DNA from: a virus
Reading direction: 5' to 3' (one strand)
Length of the DNA: 44,613 bases
IMG/VR virus record: IMGVR_UViG_3300045988_087627
Coordinates: 1-44,613 of that record
Positions 1 to 8,491 of this stretch are shown piece after piece. The notes under the pieces are model-generated. The model did not search any database. It was given only the letters and a program-made list of their open reading frames with translations, and had not been told where the DNA came from. Position 1 is the first letter of the stretch, and each line of letters begins with the position of its first letter. Made by a program: the position numbers and the translations under genes.

Positions 1-53
1 CGAATACCGGCAACCGTAGCGCAGCGACGAATACCGGCGACTGTAGCGCAGCG
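1..53. repeat. 27-nt tandem repeat units; 1-43 is an exact copy of 44571-44613 (contig-end overlap)
   Basis: cgaataccggcaaccgtagcgcagcgacgaataccggcgactg occurs at both window ends. The repeat unit is acg aat acc ggc aac cgt agc gca gcg. Confidence 0.9.
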
Positions 54-257
54 ACTGTCGAAGGGAAGGAAAGCATTGCTATCGTTACCGGAAACGGAAG
101 CAAGGCGAGCGGCAAGCGTGGATGCTGGCTTGTGCTTACAGAGCGAGACAAAGAAAATCATGTTCTGGGTGTGCAGGCTGTGAAGGTGGACGGCGAAACC
201 ATCAAGGAAGATACGTTCTACACGCTGTCCGGCGGAAAGGTAACAGAAGTCAAATAA
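1..257 (+). CDS. C-terminal part of a gene that wraps the contig junction (N-terminal part at 44219..44613); DUF7666-like phage protein with NTGNRSAAT nonapeptide repeats
   Basis: Frame 3 is open from the window edge to TAA 255-257. It reads NTGNRSAATNTGDCSAATVEGKESIAIVTGNGSKASGKRGCWLVLTERDKENHVLGVQAVKVDGETIKEDTFYTLSGGKVTEVK. Joining 44613 to 44 keeps the frame (395+214=609 nt). The family name is from memory. Confidence 0.8.
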   Translation, partial: NTGNRSAATNTGDCSAATVEGKESIAIVTGNGSKASGKRGCWLVLTERDKENHVLGVQAVKVDGETIKEDTFYTLSGGKVTEVK

Positions 258-347
258 AGGGAAAACCGCCGAGCGGGAGCGCAATCCCGTTTCGGCGGCA
301 AAGATAAATGTTCAAGGAAAGTCTAACACGAAAAGGAGAAAAAGTCA

Positions 348-614
348 ATGGACAGAGAGACAATGCACCGGCTGCTGGACTTGTGTATCGGCGTTGACGA
401 TCTGGACGATATGCGAGCGGTTGAGTTCTCGGCGTACTCGGAAAACAGCATGGTGTGTATCAACGTTTTCTATCGCGGATACCTTGCGAAGTGGGAAATT
501 ATGGACAGCTACAGGTGCTTTGTGATTAACGGCGAATGCGTGTGGCATCACGGCTTGCAGGAGACAACGCTAGACAAGGTGATTGAGGTACTGGAGGAGA
601 TGCAGCGTGCTTGA
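348..614 (+). CDS. hypothetical early protein, paralog A of a tandem pair
   Basis: ATG follows RBS gaaaaggagaaaaagtca. 88 aa. It shares MD+ETM..LL.LC.G.D...VEF...SY....G..+W.HG+..TTL..VI..LE.MQ with the next gene. Confidence 0.75.
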   Translation: MDRETMHRLLDLCIGVDDLDDMRAVEFSAYSENSMVCINVFYRGYLAKWEIMDSYRCFVINGECVWHHGLQETTLDKVIEVLEEMQRA

Positions 615-636
615 TCGAGAGAGACGCAGAAAACTC

Positions 637-1095
637 ATGGACAAGGAAACCATGATTAAGCTGCTTTACCTGTGCCTCGGTGCAGACACGTCGGGGGAGA
701 CGACGGTCGAGTTTCGCGCGAACACAAATGGCACTGTCGATATCACAATCCGCGACCATGTGAGCGCCGATTACTGCATAGAAAAGGCCTCCTACACGCG
801 CGTCTTCAGCCATGGAAAGGTTATATGGACACACGGCATAAGAAAAACGACGCTGTACGAGGTCATCAAGGATTTGGAGGATATGCAGATGCTGAACATT
901 GAGCCGCCGCTCGAGCCGCCAGAGAGAGACGATCAGGAGCGCATTAACCGGCTGTACGACATGCGCGAGGCGGAAATCCGCATGGGGGCGTTCCTCGAGG
1001 AGCACGAGGGGCTGTTCCCGGATGAGATCAAGAACTTTTTACGGGACGTGCGGGAGCGCGTCTGGGAAGCAGAAGACGAGATAGAGGAGGACTAA
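637..1095 (+). CDS. hypothetical early protein, paralog B with acidic C-terminal extension
   Basis: Internal ATG 637 of ORF 583..1095 gives MDKETMIKLLYLCLG..., which aligns with the start of paralog A. The RBS is weak. Confidence 0.7.
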   Translation: MDKETMIKLLYLCLGADTSGETTVEFRANTNGTVDITIRDHVSADYCIEKASYTRVFSHGKVIWTHGIRKTTLYEVIKDLEDMQMLNIEPPLEPPERDDQERINRLYDMREAEIRMGAFLEEHEGLFPDEIKNFLRDVRERVWEAEDEIEED

Positions 1096-1098
1096 GAA

Positions 1099-1587
1099 AT
1101 GAACTTATATCAGCTGACAAACGAATTTGAGAAAGCAATGCAGGCAATCGCGGTAGACCCGGAGACCGGCGAGGTCAGCGGCTTCGAGGCCGTAGACAGT
1201 CTGGACGCAGCATTCGAGGACAAGGCCGAGGCGTATGCAGTTACCATCAAGAACCTTGCAGCCGAGGCGGCGGCGCTCAAGAACGAGCGGGACAATCTCA
1301 AGGCACGCGAGGACAGTGTGAAGAAGTGCATGGAGCGCATGAAGCAGCACCTTGCGGACAGCATGCTTGCAGTCGGCAAGGACAAGATCAGCACGGCTAA
1401 GGCGGCGCTGTCGTTCCGTAAGAGCGTGCAGGTGAACATTGTCAACGATGTGGAAGTCCCGGACGATCTGTGCAAGGTGGTTATCGACCGAAAGCCGGAC
1501 AAGACGGCAATCGGCAAGCTGCTGAAATCCGGTGAGCCCGTGCCGGGCGCGGAACTGGTGGAAAACATGAATTTGCAGGTGAAGTGA
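1099..1587 (+). CDS. Siphovirus Gp157-family protein (recombination-module accessory)
   Basis: MNLYQLTNEFEKAMQAI...AYAVTIKNLAAEAAALKNERDNLKAREDSVKKCMERMKQHL...KISTAKAALSFRKS matches my memory of the Gp157 family pattern. RBS gaggagg is present. Confidence 0.75.
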   Translation: MNLYQLTNEFEKAMQAIAVDPETGEVSGFEAVDSLDAAFEDKAEAYAVTIKNLAAEAAALKNERDNLKAREDSVKKCMERMKQHLADSMLAVGKDKISTAKAALSFRKSVQVNIVNDVEVPDDLCKVVIDRKPDKTAIGKLLKSGEPVPGAELVENMNLQVK

Positions 1588-1588
1588 T

Positions 1589-2314
1589 ATGAACATCAGG
1601 TTACTTAAGGCAGACGAGATCGAGTGCCGCGTAGCACAGGTGAAGCAGACACGAAACGGCGTTGGGTGCTCGCTGCTGCTCTACAAGGATGCGCGCTGCG
1701 ATATGGCAATCCTTGACGAGGTATACGGCGCGGCGAACTGGCAGCGCGAGCACACCATCATCGACGGCCGCTTGTACTGCAACCTGTCCGTATGGGACGA
1801 AAACAAGAAGCAGTGGATTACCAAGCAGGATGTGGGCACGGAAAGCAACACCGAAAAGGAAAAGGGACAGGCAAGCGACAGCTTCAAGCGGGCTGGTACG
1901 AATTGGGGTATCGGACGTGAACTGTACACAGCTCCGTTTATCTGGATTACACTGGCAGAGGGAGAGTACACAAGTCAGGGCGAGCGCGTGCGCTGCAACC
2001 AAACGTTCAAAGTGTCGGAAATCAGCTATTCCGACAGCCGTAAGATTAGCGGTTTGGTCATCGTGGACAAGAAAGGCAACGAGCGCTTCCGCATGGGCGG
2101 ACAGGCAAAGCCGAAGGAGGACACGAAGATCGCGGCGGCGAAGGCCAAGGCGAACGAGGTAAAGCGGATGCTTGTGAAAATCATGGGCGACAAGACCGCA
2201 GCGGCGCAGCTGTGGAACGAGAAGTATAAGCAGGATGCGGGCGACATCGTGAAGATGAACGCGGCGCTGCTTGATCTCGAAGATCGGCTCAAGCAGATGG
2301 AGGCGCTTGCATGA
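1589..2314 (+). CDS. Rad52/Sak-like single-strand annealing protein
   Basis: The GQASDSFKRAGTNWGIGRELY core and the N-terminal LLKADEIECRV are typical of Rad52-family phage SSAPs. It sits directly after Gp157. Confidence 0.75.
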   Translation: MNIRLLKADEIECRVAQVKQTRNGVGCSLLLYKDARCDMAILDEVYGAANWQREHTIIDGRLYCNLSVWDENKKQWITKQDVGTESNTEKEKGQASDSFKRAGTNWGIGRELYTAPFIWITLAEGEYTSQGERVRCNQTFKVSEISYSDSRKISGLVIVDKKGNERFRMGGQAKPKEDTKIAAAKAKANEVKRMLVKIMGDKTAAAQLWNEKYKQDAGDIVKMNAALLDLEDRLKQMEALA

Positions 2315-2847
2315 CGCATGAGTTTGACAGGGCGCGCGTAGTGAATGACGAGAGCGGCAACTGGCTTTGCCTGCACGTCAAGAACGCGCCTATGGCGCGC
2401 GTAGAGTGCGAGCAGATGAAGGAGGGCAAGTTATACTGCGCAGAGGTGAAGCGCAAGTATGACAAGCGCTCAGGGCGTTGCAACGCCTATCTCTGGCAGA
2501 TGCTCGGAAAGCTGGCGGCGGTGCTCGGCATGAAGCGCGACGAGGTGTACCGCTCGTACATTCCCGATGTAGGGGACAATTACAGACTTGTCCCCTACGC
2601 CAACGAGCAGCAGCGCGATTTGATCGCGAACCTGTGGGAAAAGCAGGGTCTCGGATGGGTGACGCAGGACTGTAACGGCGGTTTGCTGATGTGCTACTAC
2701 GGCTCATCCACTTACAACACGCTGCAAATGGGGCGGCTGATTGACATGGTAGTGCAGGACTGCAAGGAGCAGGGCATTGAGACAGAGCCGGAAAGCACGG
2801 TGCTCGGATGGATTGCCAAGTGGAAACCGGAGGAACGCGGGGTATGA
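2311..2847 (+). CDS. NinB/Orf-like recombination mediator (tentative)
   Basis: ATGA overlap with the SSAP gene. KRSGRCNAYLWQMLGKLA and the C-terminal VLGWIAKWK parallel lambda NinB NRSLDQNRKLWACLGDVS ... LALEWKARW (recalled from memory). Confidence 0.5.
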   Translation: MTHEFDRARVVNDESGNWLCLHVKNAPMARVECEQMKEGKLYCAEVKRKYDKRSGRCNAYLWQMLGKLAAVLGMKRDEVYRSYIPDVGDNYRLVPYANEQQRDLIANLWEKQGLGWVTQDCNGGLLMCYYGSSTYNTLQMGRLIDMVVQDCKEQGIETEPESTVLGWIAKWKPEERGV

Positions 2848-3011
2848 GGTTTACGACATACAAGCGATTCGTACCGGCACACCGGAAGATCGGATACCGG
2901 TACGCCTGCTGGGCGCGGAACCACGGAGGCTGGGCGAAGATGAAAAAAGGGTATCGCAAGCTCGCCAAGAAGCGACTGAAAAGAGAGCTGGAAAGGGACG
3001 CGAGGCAATGA
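2844..3011 (+). CDS. small basic hypothetical protein (55 aa)
   Basis: ATG 2844 overlaps the upstream TGA (gtATGAgg). It is overlap-coupled at both ends. Confidence 0.5.
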   Translation: MRFTTYKRFVPAHRKIGYRYACWARNHGGWAKMKKGYRKLAKKRLKRELERDARQ

Positions 3012-3313
3012 GGAGACAGACGAAGTTTACGGGCGTGTCGCCAAGCGTCTGGAAAGAGGTCTATGACCGGGACGGCGGCGTTTGCCGCCACTGCGGCAAG
3101 GGCGGTGTGTTACAGGCGGCGCACTTTGTCAGCAGGGCGCGCGGCGGCATGGGGATTCCGACGAATTTAGTCATGCTGTGCCCGGAGTGTCATCGGGAAA
3201 TGGACCAGGGCGACGGCAAGGAAATCAAGGAAGAAATGCGGGAATACCTCGAAAGCCTTTATCCCATGTGGAGCGAGGAAAGGCAGAAATATACAAAATA
3301 CACAAGGAGATAG
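3008..3313 (+). CDS. HNH endonuclease
   Basis: CRHCGK...AAHFVSRARGG...NLVMLCPECH is the CxxC-H-N-CxxCH (HNH) signature. ATG 3008 overlaps the upstream TGA. The gene ends at TAG 3311-3313. Confidence 0.8.
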   Translation: MRRQTKFTGVSPSVWKEVYDRDGGVCRHCGKGGVLQAAHFVSRARGGMGIPTNLVMLCPECHREMDQGDGKEIKEEMREYLESLYPMWSEERQKYTKYTRR

Positions 3314-3317
3314 GCAT

Positions 3318-3719
3318 ATGCTGAACAAGATTATCTTACAGGGACGGCTTGCCAAGGATTTGGAGCTGCGATACACGCAGAGCAACACGGCGGTTGCAGG
3401 CGGTACGCTGGCGGTGCAGAGAAGCCGCAAGGACGCGGGCGGAAAGTACCCGAGTGACTTCATTGACGTGGTTCTGTGGAGTAAGCTGGCAGAGCACGCG
3501 CATACGTGGTTCCACAAGGGCGACATGTGCATTATTTCCGGCAGGCTTGAAAGCCGTGACTGGGAGGACAAGAACGGCAACAAGCGCCGCTCGTGGGAGG
3601 TGCAGTGCGAAAGCATTGACTTCTGCGGCGGCAAGAGCGAGGGCAAGCCGAAGGAAGAGGAAAGCGACTTCATCGCGTCGGACGAGAGTGACCCGGACGA
3701 CTGCCCGTTTGAGAGGTGA
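3318..3719 (+). CDS. ssb: single-stranded DNA-binding protein
   Basis: MLNKIILQGRLAKDLELRYT is an OB-fold SSB N-terminus. The acidic tail ends in DDCPFE. RBS aaggaga is present. Confidence 0.9.
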   Translation: MLNKIILQGRLAKDLELRYTQSNTAVAGGTLAVQRSRKDAGGKYPSDFIDVVLWSKLAEHAHTWFHKGDMCIISGRLESRDWEDKNGNKRRSWEVQCESIDFCGGKSEGKPKEEESDFIASDESDPDDCPFER

Positions 3720-3725
3720 CAGGGG

Positions 3726-4463
3726 ATGCTGACGAACGGGCACATACAGATTTACCGACAGCTCACAGAGTGGGGGTGGTACAAAGACCTCCCCACCTGC
3801 AAACTGTGGCTGCATATCCTGCTGAGGGCAAACTACAAGGAAAGCCAGTTCATGGGGAGCAAGATTCCCCGAGGCGCGTTTGTGACGAGATTGCAGGGGA
3901 TTGCAGACGAGAGCGGGCTAACGGTAAAGCAGGTGCGCACGGCACTCGGAAAGCTCAAGAAAACCGGAGAAATCACGGTGGAAAGCAACCGGCATTATAC
4001 GGTCATCGAGGTATGCCGGTATGACGAGTATCAGGGCAGCGAACGGGAGGAAGCGCCTGCAAAGCAGCCGTCGAAACCGGAGATGCCGAAAAAGACGCAG
4101 AGTCCAAAGCCGAAAGAGCCTGACCTTGCAGAGCGGTTTTCTGAGCCTGTGCTTTCTGCGGTGCGCGACTGGATCACCTACAAGCAGGAGCGGCGCGAGG
4201 CGTACAAGGCTGTCGGCTTGAAGTCTCTGCTGACCGAGATAGAAAACCGAGTAAAGCGCCACGGAGCGGCGGCGGTTGCCGAGGTTATCCGGCTGAGCAT
4301 GGCGAACAACTGGAAGGGCATTATCTGGGATCGCATCAAGGACGCGCCAAAGCAGGCGGAAGCAAAGACGGAACCGGAGAAAACGCCGGACTGGGAGCAG
4401 GCATGGCTTGCGCAGAAGGAAGAAACCAGACGGAAAATGAGAGAGGAAGGTTATGAGAGGTAG
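3726..4463 (+). CDS. replisome organiser / DnaD-like replication initiation protein
   Basis: N-terminal winged-helix pattern IQIYRQLTEWGWYKDLPTCKLWLHILLRANY. A Pro/Lys/Glu linker follows, then a conserved C-terminal domain ...WKGIIWDR. Confidence 0.65.
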   Translation: MLTNGHIQIYRQLTEWGWYKDLPTCKLWLHILLRANYKESQFMGSKIPRGAFVTRLQGIADESGLTVKQVRTALGKLKKTGEITVESNRHYTVIEVCRYDEYQGSEREEAPAKQPSKPEMPKKTQSPKPKEPDLAERFSEPVLSAVRDWITYKQERREAYKAVGLKSLLTEIENRVKRHGAAAVAEVIRLSMANNWKGIIWDRIKDAPKQAEAKTEPEKTPDWEQAWLAQKEETRRKMREEGYER

Positions 4464-4806
4464 AAAGAAAGATACTCTCTGCTGGGACTGCACGAAAGCC
4501 GCTGCGAAGAGCTGCGCATGGGCAGGACGGTTCGAGCCGGTGAAAGGCTGGAAGGCCGAACGAGTGCAGCGGCAAGACCTCAAGGGCGGCGAGACGTTCC
4601 ACGTTATCAGCTGCCCGGAGTTCGAGCCGGACAGACGGCCGGAACAGCCAAAACGCAAGGACGCTTACACAGAGCACGACCTCTGCGTAATCCGAAACAG
4701 TTTGGAGGACGGCGAAAGCGTGAGCATGATCGCGTGGAGACTCGGCAGGAGTTTGACTGCTGTAACGTACAAGATCAGGAAAATGAGGCGAGCAGGTGAA
4801 TTATAA
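4453..4806 (+). CDS. hypothetical Zn-ribbon/HTH protein
   Basis: CWDCTK...C...SCPEF cysteines, and a C-terminal MIAWRLGRSLTAVTYKIRKM that looks like an HTH. It overlaps both neighbours. Confidence 0.6.
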   Translation: MRGRKKDTLCWDCTKAAAKSCAWAGRFEPVKGWKAERVQRQDLKGGETFHVISCPEFEPDRRPEQPKRKDAYTEHDLCVIRNSLEDGESVSMIAWRLGRSLTAVTYKIRKMRRAGEL

Positions 4807-5176
4807 ATTTACGATCAAGGGCACGCTGCCCGGGCTGAACGAGCTAATCGAGGCGGAGAGACGTAATCGACAGGAGGGGGCACGGCTGAAAAAGCAGTGC
4901 GAGGCCGTTGTGATGAATGCAGCGCGGCAGATGGGCGGCGCGGAAATTCAGGAGCCGGTGTACATGGTTTATCACTGGTATGAGAAGGACCGGCGGCGGG
5001 ACAAGGACAATATCTGCGCGTTTGGCAGAAAGGTTATTCAGGACGCGCTTGTTAAGGCGCGGTATTTGAGTAACGACGGATGGAAGAATATCCGAGGGTT
5101 TGAAGATCACTTTGAGGTGGACTCAAAGAATCCGCGGGTTGTGGTGGAGATTTTGGAGGTGGAGGACAACGGTTAG
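4796..5176 (+). CDS. rusA: RusA-family Holliday junction resolvase
   Basis: GTG start. KGTLPGLNELIEAERRNRQ...RRRDKDNICAFGRKVIQDALVKARYLSNDGWKNI is typical of RusA. Confidence 0.8.
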   Translation: MNYKFTIKGTLPGLNELIEAERRNRQEGARLKKQCEAVVMNAARQMGGAEIQEPVYMVYHWYEKDRRRDKDNICAFGRKVIQDALVKARYLSNDGWKNIRGFEDHFEVDSKNPRVVVEILEVEDNG

Positions 5177-5225
5177 CGAAGAGATTTTGAACGCTGCACC
5201 GGAGAATGAGCTTATCCGAAATACG

Positions 5226-5546
5226 ATGAAGAAGGCGGATTTGCTGCTGAACAGTTACAAGAACCCTGTTTGCAGTATTTCCGGTGGCTCGGACAGCGAT
5301 GTTATGCTGGATTTGCTGGAACGGGTACGTGCCGGGCGGAAGATTACGTATGTGTTTTTTGATACGGGTATCGAGTATCAGGCAACAAAGAACCATCTGA
5401 ACGATCTGGAAGCCCGGTACGGAATTGAGATTGTACGGCGGAGAGCGAAAAAACCTGTGCCGGTTGGGTGTAAGGAATATGGAGTGCCGTTCTTTAGCAA
5501 GGGAATCGCACAGAAAATCAGCTACTTGCAGGCACACGGTTTCTAG
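5226..5546 (+). CDS. PAPS-reductase/PP-loop family protein, N-terminal segment ending at an in-frame TAG
   Basis: PP-loop motif CSISGGSDSDVMLDLL. The start is uncertain (ATG 5226, or TTG 5187). It terminates at TAG 5544-5546, in the same frame as 5604..6182. Confidence 0.75.
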   Translation: MKKADLLLNSYKNPVCSISGGSDSDVMLDLLERVRAGRKITYVFFDTGIEYQATKNHLNDLEARYGIEIVRRRAKKPVPVGCKEYGVPFFSKGIAQKISYLQAHGF

Positions 5547-5603
5547 TGGGAAAACGAATCGTTCGAGGCGCTGAACGAGAGGTACACGGGATGCAAAGCA
5601 GGC

Positions 5604-6182
5604 TTGAAATGGTGGACTGACGAAAACGGCGAACGTTCAAAATTTTCCATCTATCGACACACCGGAATGAAAGAGTTTATGCTTAGTACCCCGCCAGAAT
5701 TTGCTATTTCAGACAAATGTTGCAACGGGGCGAAGAAAAACAGCTCTGCGGAATTTCTCAAAGAATGTAATGCAACAATCTGTATTGTCGGCGAACGACG
5801 AGCAGAGGGTGGGATTAGAGCTATGGCGCATACATCTTGCTTTGAACCGCTGCATCATTCCGGCGTTGCGCGGTATATGCCCCTCTACTTTTGGAGCGAT
5901 GAGGACAAAGCGCAGTATAAAGCTCATTACGGCTTGCGATACTCGGATTGCTACGAGGTGTACGGAATGCGGCGCACAGGCTGCTGCGGTTGTCCTTTTA
6001 ATAGCCGGTTCGAGCAAGATTTAGAGATCGTGAAAAAATACGAACCGCAGCTTTACAAGGCGGCTATTAACATTTTTGGCAAGTCGTATGAGTACACCCG
6101 AGCGTATCGGAAGTTCCGCGACGAGTTTAAGCGGGCAAAGAGGAAGGGCGGAGAGGGTCAGACGTGGATAGAAGGTGTGTGA
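5604..6182 (+). CDS. PAPS-reductase family protein, C-terminal segment (same frame as 5226..5546)
   Basis: The frame is open from 5547. There is no RBS before TTG 5604. A Cys cluster (RRTGCCGCPFN) is typical of phage PAPS-reductase-like proteins. Confidence 0.7.
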   Translation: MKWWTDENGERSKFSIYRHTGMKEFMLSTPPEFAISDKCCNGAKKNSSAEFLKECNATICIVGERRAEGGIRAMAHTSCFEPLHHSGVARYMPLYFWSDEDKAQYKAHYGLRYSDCYEVYGMRRTGCCGCPFNSRFEQDLEIVKKYEPQLYKAAINIFGKSYEYTRAYRKFRDEFKRAKRKGGEGQTWIEGV

Positions 6183-6331
6183 CCTGCAAGCGGTACGAGC
6201 CGTTTTGCGGTGTGTGCTGCAACGGAGACAGCGAGCACAGGGCGGATTTCCGATTAGATTACGATTGGTGCGAGGAATGGGAGGAACGGAATGAAATCTG
6301 TGATGTTAAGCATTCGCCCGAAGTGGTGTGA
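6179..6331 (+). CDS. small Cys-rich hypothetical protein (50 aa, tentative)
   Basis: GTG 6179 overlaps the upstream stop. It reads MTCKRYEPFCGVCCNGDSEHRADFRLDYDWCEEWEER... and overlaps the ASCH start by 41 nt. The RBS is weak. Confidence 0.35.
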   Translation: MTCKRYEPFCGVCCNGDSEHRADFRLDYDWCEEWEERNEICDVKHSPEVV

Positions 6332-6869
6332 GAAAATTGCCAGCGGTGAAAAGACCATTGAAGTCAGAAAGACCAAGCCGAAACTGGAAACGCCGTTTAA
6401 GTGCTACATCTACTGCACCAGCGGCAGACCTGACCTGAACATTCCTATTTCGCCGGAACGCCTGATGCAGGACTACTTAGATACAGGTTCCATGCAGTCG
6501 CTGAACTGTCCACTTGGGAATGGCAAGGTCATCGGGGAGTTCACCTGTGACCGGATTTATGAGCTTGCGCCTCTCAACCATGCACCGGATGACATAGAAA
6601 AACAAGCCTGCCTGACACGGGAAGAAATTGTGAACTACCTAAAGGGAACCGGCTACGGCTGGCACATTTCCGACCTGCTGATCTATGACCAGCCGCGGGA
6701 GCTGCCGGCGTTTCGGCGGCTTTGTCCTAATGACCTATACTGTGAGGCCTGCGCCATGTACAGCAACAACAACGGTATCTGCAACAATGGGGCTTTGACG
6801 CTTCGCCGCCCGCCCCAGAGTTGGTGCTATGTGGAGGAATCCAAACAGAAAGAATTGGAGGAGATGTAA
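6291..6869 (+). CDS. ASCH (PUA-like) domain protein
   Basis: MKSVMLSIRPKWCEKIASGEKTIEVRKT is a canonical ASCH N-terminus. RBS gggagg is present. Confidence 0.75.
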   Translation: MKSVMLSIRPKWCEKIASGEKTIEVRKTKPKLETPFKCYIYCTSGRPDLNIPISPERLMQDYLDTGSMQSLNCPLGNGKVIGEFTCDRIYELAPLNHAPDDIEKQACLTREEIVNYLKGTGYGWHISDLLIYDQPRELPAFRRLCPNDLYCEACAMYSNNNGICNNGALTLRRPPQSWCYVEESKQKELEEM

Positions 6870-6872
6870 AAC

Positions 6873-7523
6873 ATGAGTAAATACAAGCCCGGTGAAATTG
6901 TCACCATCAAGGGAACGGAATTTGCGGTGTTGGATGTAGAAGAAGGCACGGCAAACGGAAAAGATAAACTGTTCGTGCTGCTCAAAGAGCCGTTTGGAAG
7001 CACACCATTCAGCACGGACGGCAACGACTATACTGAAAGTAAACTGCTTGACGAGGTAGGGCGGTGGTATAGCGAATTTGTATCTGGTTTGAACAAGGAA
7101 CTGATTTTCCAGAGAGAAATCATTCTATTGACCGTGGACGGGCGCGCGAATTATGGGATTGTTGATCGCTTAGCAGCACCGTTGACATTTGATGAGTGGC
7201 GCAAGTATTCACGCTATATTCCAGATTGCGAGAGAAGCTATTGGCTGGCAACTGGCGATGGCGCGCCGGGGCGCCCCGGCGTGGCGTGTGCGATGTTCGT
7301 GTTCTACGATGGCGCTTGGGGCAGCGGCAGCTGCTCGAACACGTATGCGGTGCGTCCGGCTTTGGTCGTGTCGGAAGAGCTGATTGATACGCCGAAGGGC
7401 GATGGTTTGAGCAAGTTCAGCACGATGGAGCTGATTCAGGAGCTCGCGGAAAGGGCAAAGATGGACGGCGGCGCGGCTGAGATGTGCCCGAAATGCGCGA
7501 AGAAATATGCAAATCACCCTTGA
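6873..7523 (+). CDS. hypothetical protein (DUF6273-like, tentative)
   Basis: RBS ggaggag. YWLATGDG...YAVRPALVV resembles the WLRS...VRPA motif family (from memory). Confidence 0.6.
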   Translation: MSKYKPGEIVTIKGTEFAVLDVEEGTANGKDKLFVLLKEPFGSTPFSTDGNDYTESKLLDEVGRWYSEFVSGLNKELIFQREIILLTVDGRANYGIVDRLAAPLTFDEWRKYSRYIPDCERSYWLATGDGAPGRPGVACAMFVFYDGAWGSGSCSNTYAVRPALVVSEELIDTPKGDGLSKFSTMELIQELAERAKMDGGAAEMCPKCAKKYANHP

Positions 7524-7624
7524 ACGGGTGGGAATGGCAGAACAGGCGGCGAAATCCATGGAGGAAATGGAAAAGAGACTGCACACATGGGAAACGCCGA
7601 TCACGATGCCGGAGGAGGAAAACG

Positions 7625-7935
7625 ATGAACGTAGTAAGTAAAGATGTTGAAAAGCTCGTGGAAAAGGAACTGGAAGCGCAAAAGCGCGGTTTCCACGGTT
7701 CCATAGCCCGCATGAGGGGTGGGCGGTGCTACGTGAGAAATACGACGAACTGGAAGAAGAAGTGCATCAGCTCGACGGCGAGATCAACTGCTATTTGTGG
7801 GGAAGCGTGAAACGCAATACAACTGCTGACAATGTGGAAGCAATTAGACTGCGCGCTATCTCCGCCGCTTGCGAGGCTATACAGGTGGCGGCGATGGCAC
7901 AGAAGTACCTTGACATGTTGGAAAGAGAGGAATGA
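7625..7935 (+). CDS. conserved phage protein that needs a -1 frameshift (or 1-nt indel correction) at A-run 7680-7683
   Basis: ATG 7625 follows ggaggagg. The downstream part (FHSPHEGWAVLREKYDELEEEV...) lies in the -1 frame, which is open from 7651 and has no start codon before GTG 7726. Confidence 0.6.
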
Positions 7936-7936
7936 A

Positions 7937-8491
7937 ATGAAGAAAATTGCTTTAATCGTGCTGGCTATCGTGGCCGCGCTGGTACTTATGATCGCCGCTG
8001 CGTTCGTGTCGGCCAATAACCGCGCGGTATCGGCGGAGGAACAGGTCAGTTCGGCGGCGGCCGACGTACAGGTAGCTGAGAAACGCCGTGTTGACCTCGT
8101 ATACAATCTGGCGGACGCGGTGAAGTCCTACCAGAACTACGAGGGTGATACGCTGACCAGGATTACACAGGCTCGCACTGCTGCTGCATCGGGCAAGGTA
8201 GAAGAAGCACAGGTTACGTTAAATGCTGTTGCGGAGCAGTACCCGGAACTCAAGGCAAACGAAAATTACAAGCAACTCATGACCGAACTTGCGCTGACCG
8301 AGAACCAGATCGCGCAGTACCGCAACAACTACAATCAGCAGGTACGGGCATACAACAAGCTGGTACGGTCTTTCCCGACCGGTTTTCTGCTGAGGGTAAT
8401 GAACTATCAGACAATCGACACGACCTACACGGACTACGATGCACCGGAAGATGCTCCGCAGAACCTGTTCGGTGGCGGCGATGGAGATTAA
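7937..8491 (+). CDS. lemA: LemA family membrane protein
   Basis: N-terminal TM helix, then NNRAVSAEEQVSSAAADVQVAEKRRVDLVYNL...YPELKANENYKQLMTELALTENQIAQYRNNYNQQVRAYN, the LemA signature. Confidence 0.85.
   Translation: MKKIALIVLAIVAALVLMIAAAFVSANNRAVSAEEQVSSAAADVQVAEKRRVDLVYNLADAVKSYQNYEGDTLTRITQARTAAASGKVEEAQVTLNAVAEQYPELKANENYKQLMTELALTENQIAQYRNNYNQQVRAYNKLVRSFPTGFLLRVMNYQTIDTTYTDYDAPEDAPQNLFGGGDGD

Noticed and set aside
583-636. N-terminal extension of paralog B (start at 583), and similar long starts at 7484, 12385, 12935, 24039, 38882 and 43545
   Set aside because: The extensions overlap upstream genes or terminators and have junk composition. Internal starts with RBSs give N-termini that match paralogs or family expectations.
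5544-5546. Genome-wide TAG stop-codon reassignment
   Set aside because: This is the only internal TAG seen. TAG 3311-3313 terminates the HNH gene right before the ssb RBS. No suppressor tRNA is encoded in the window.
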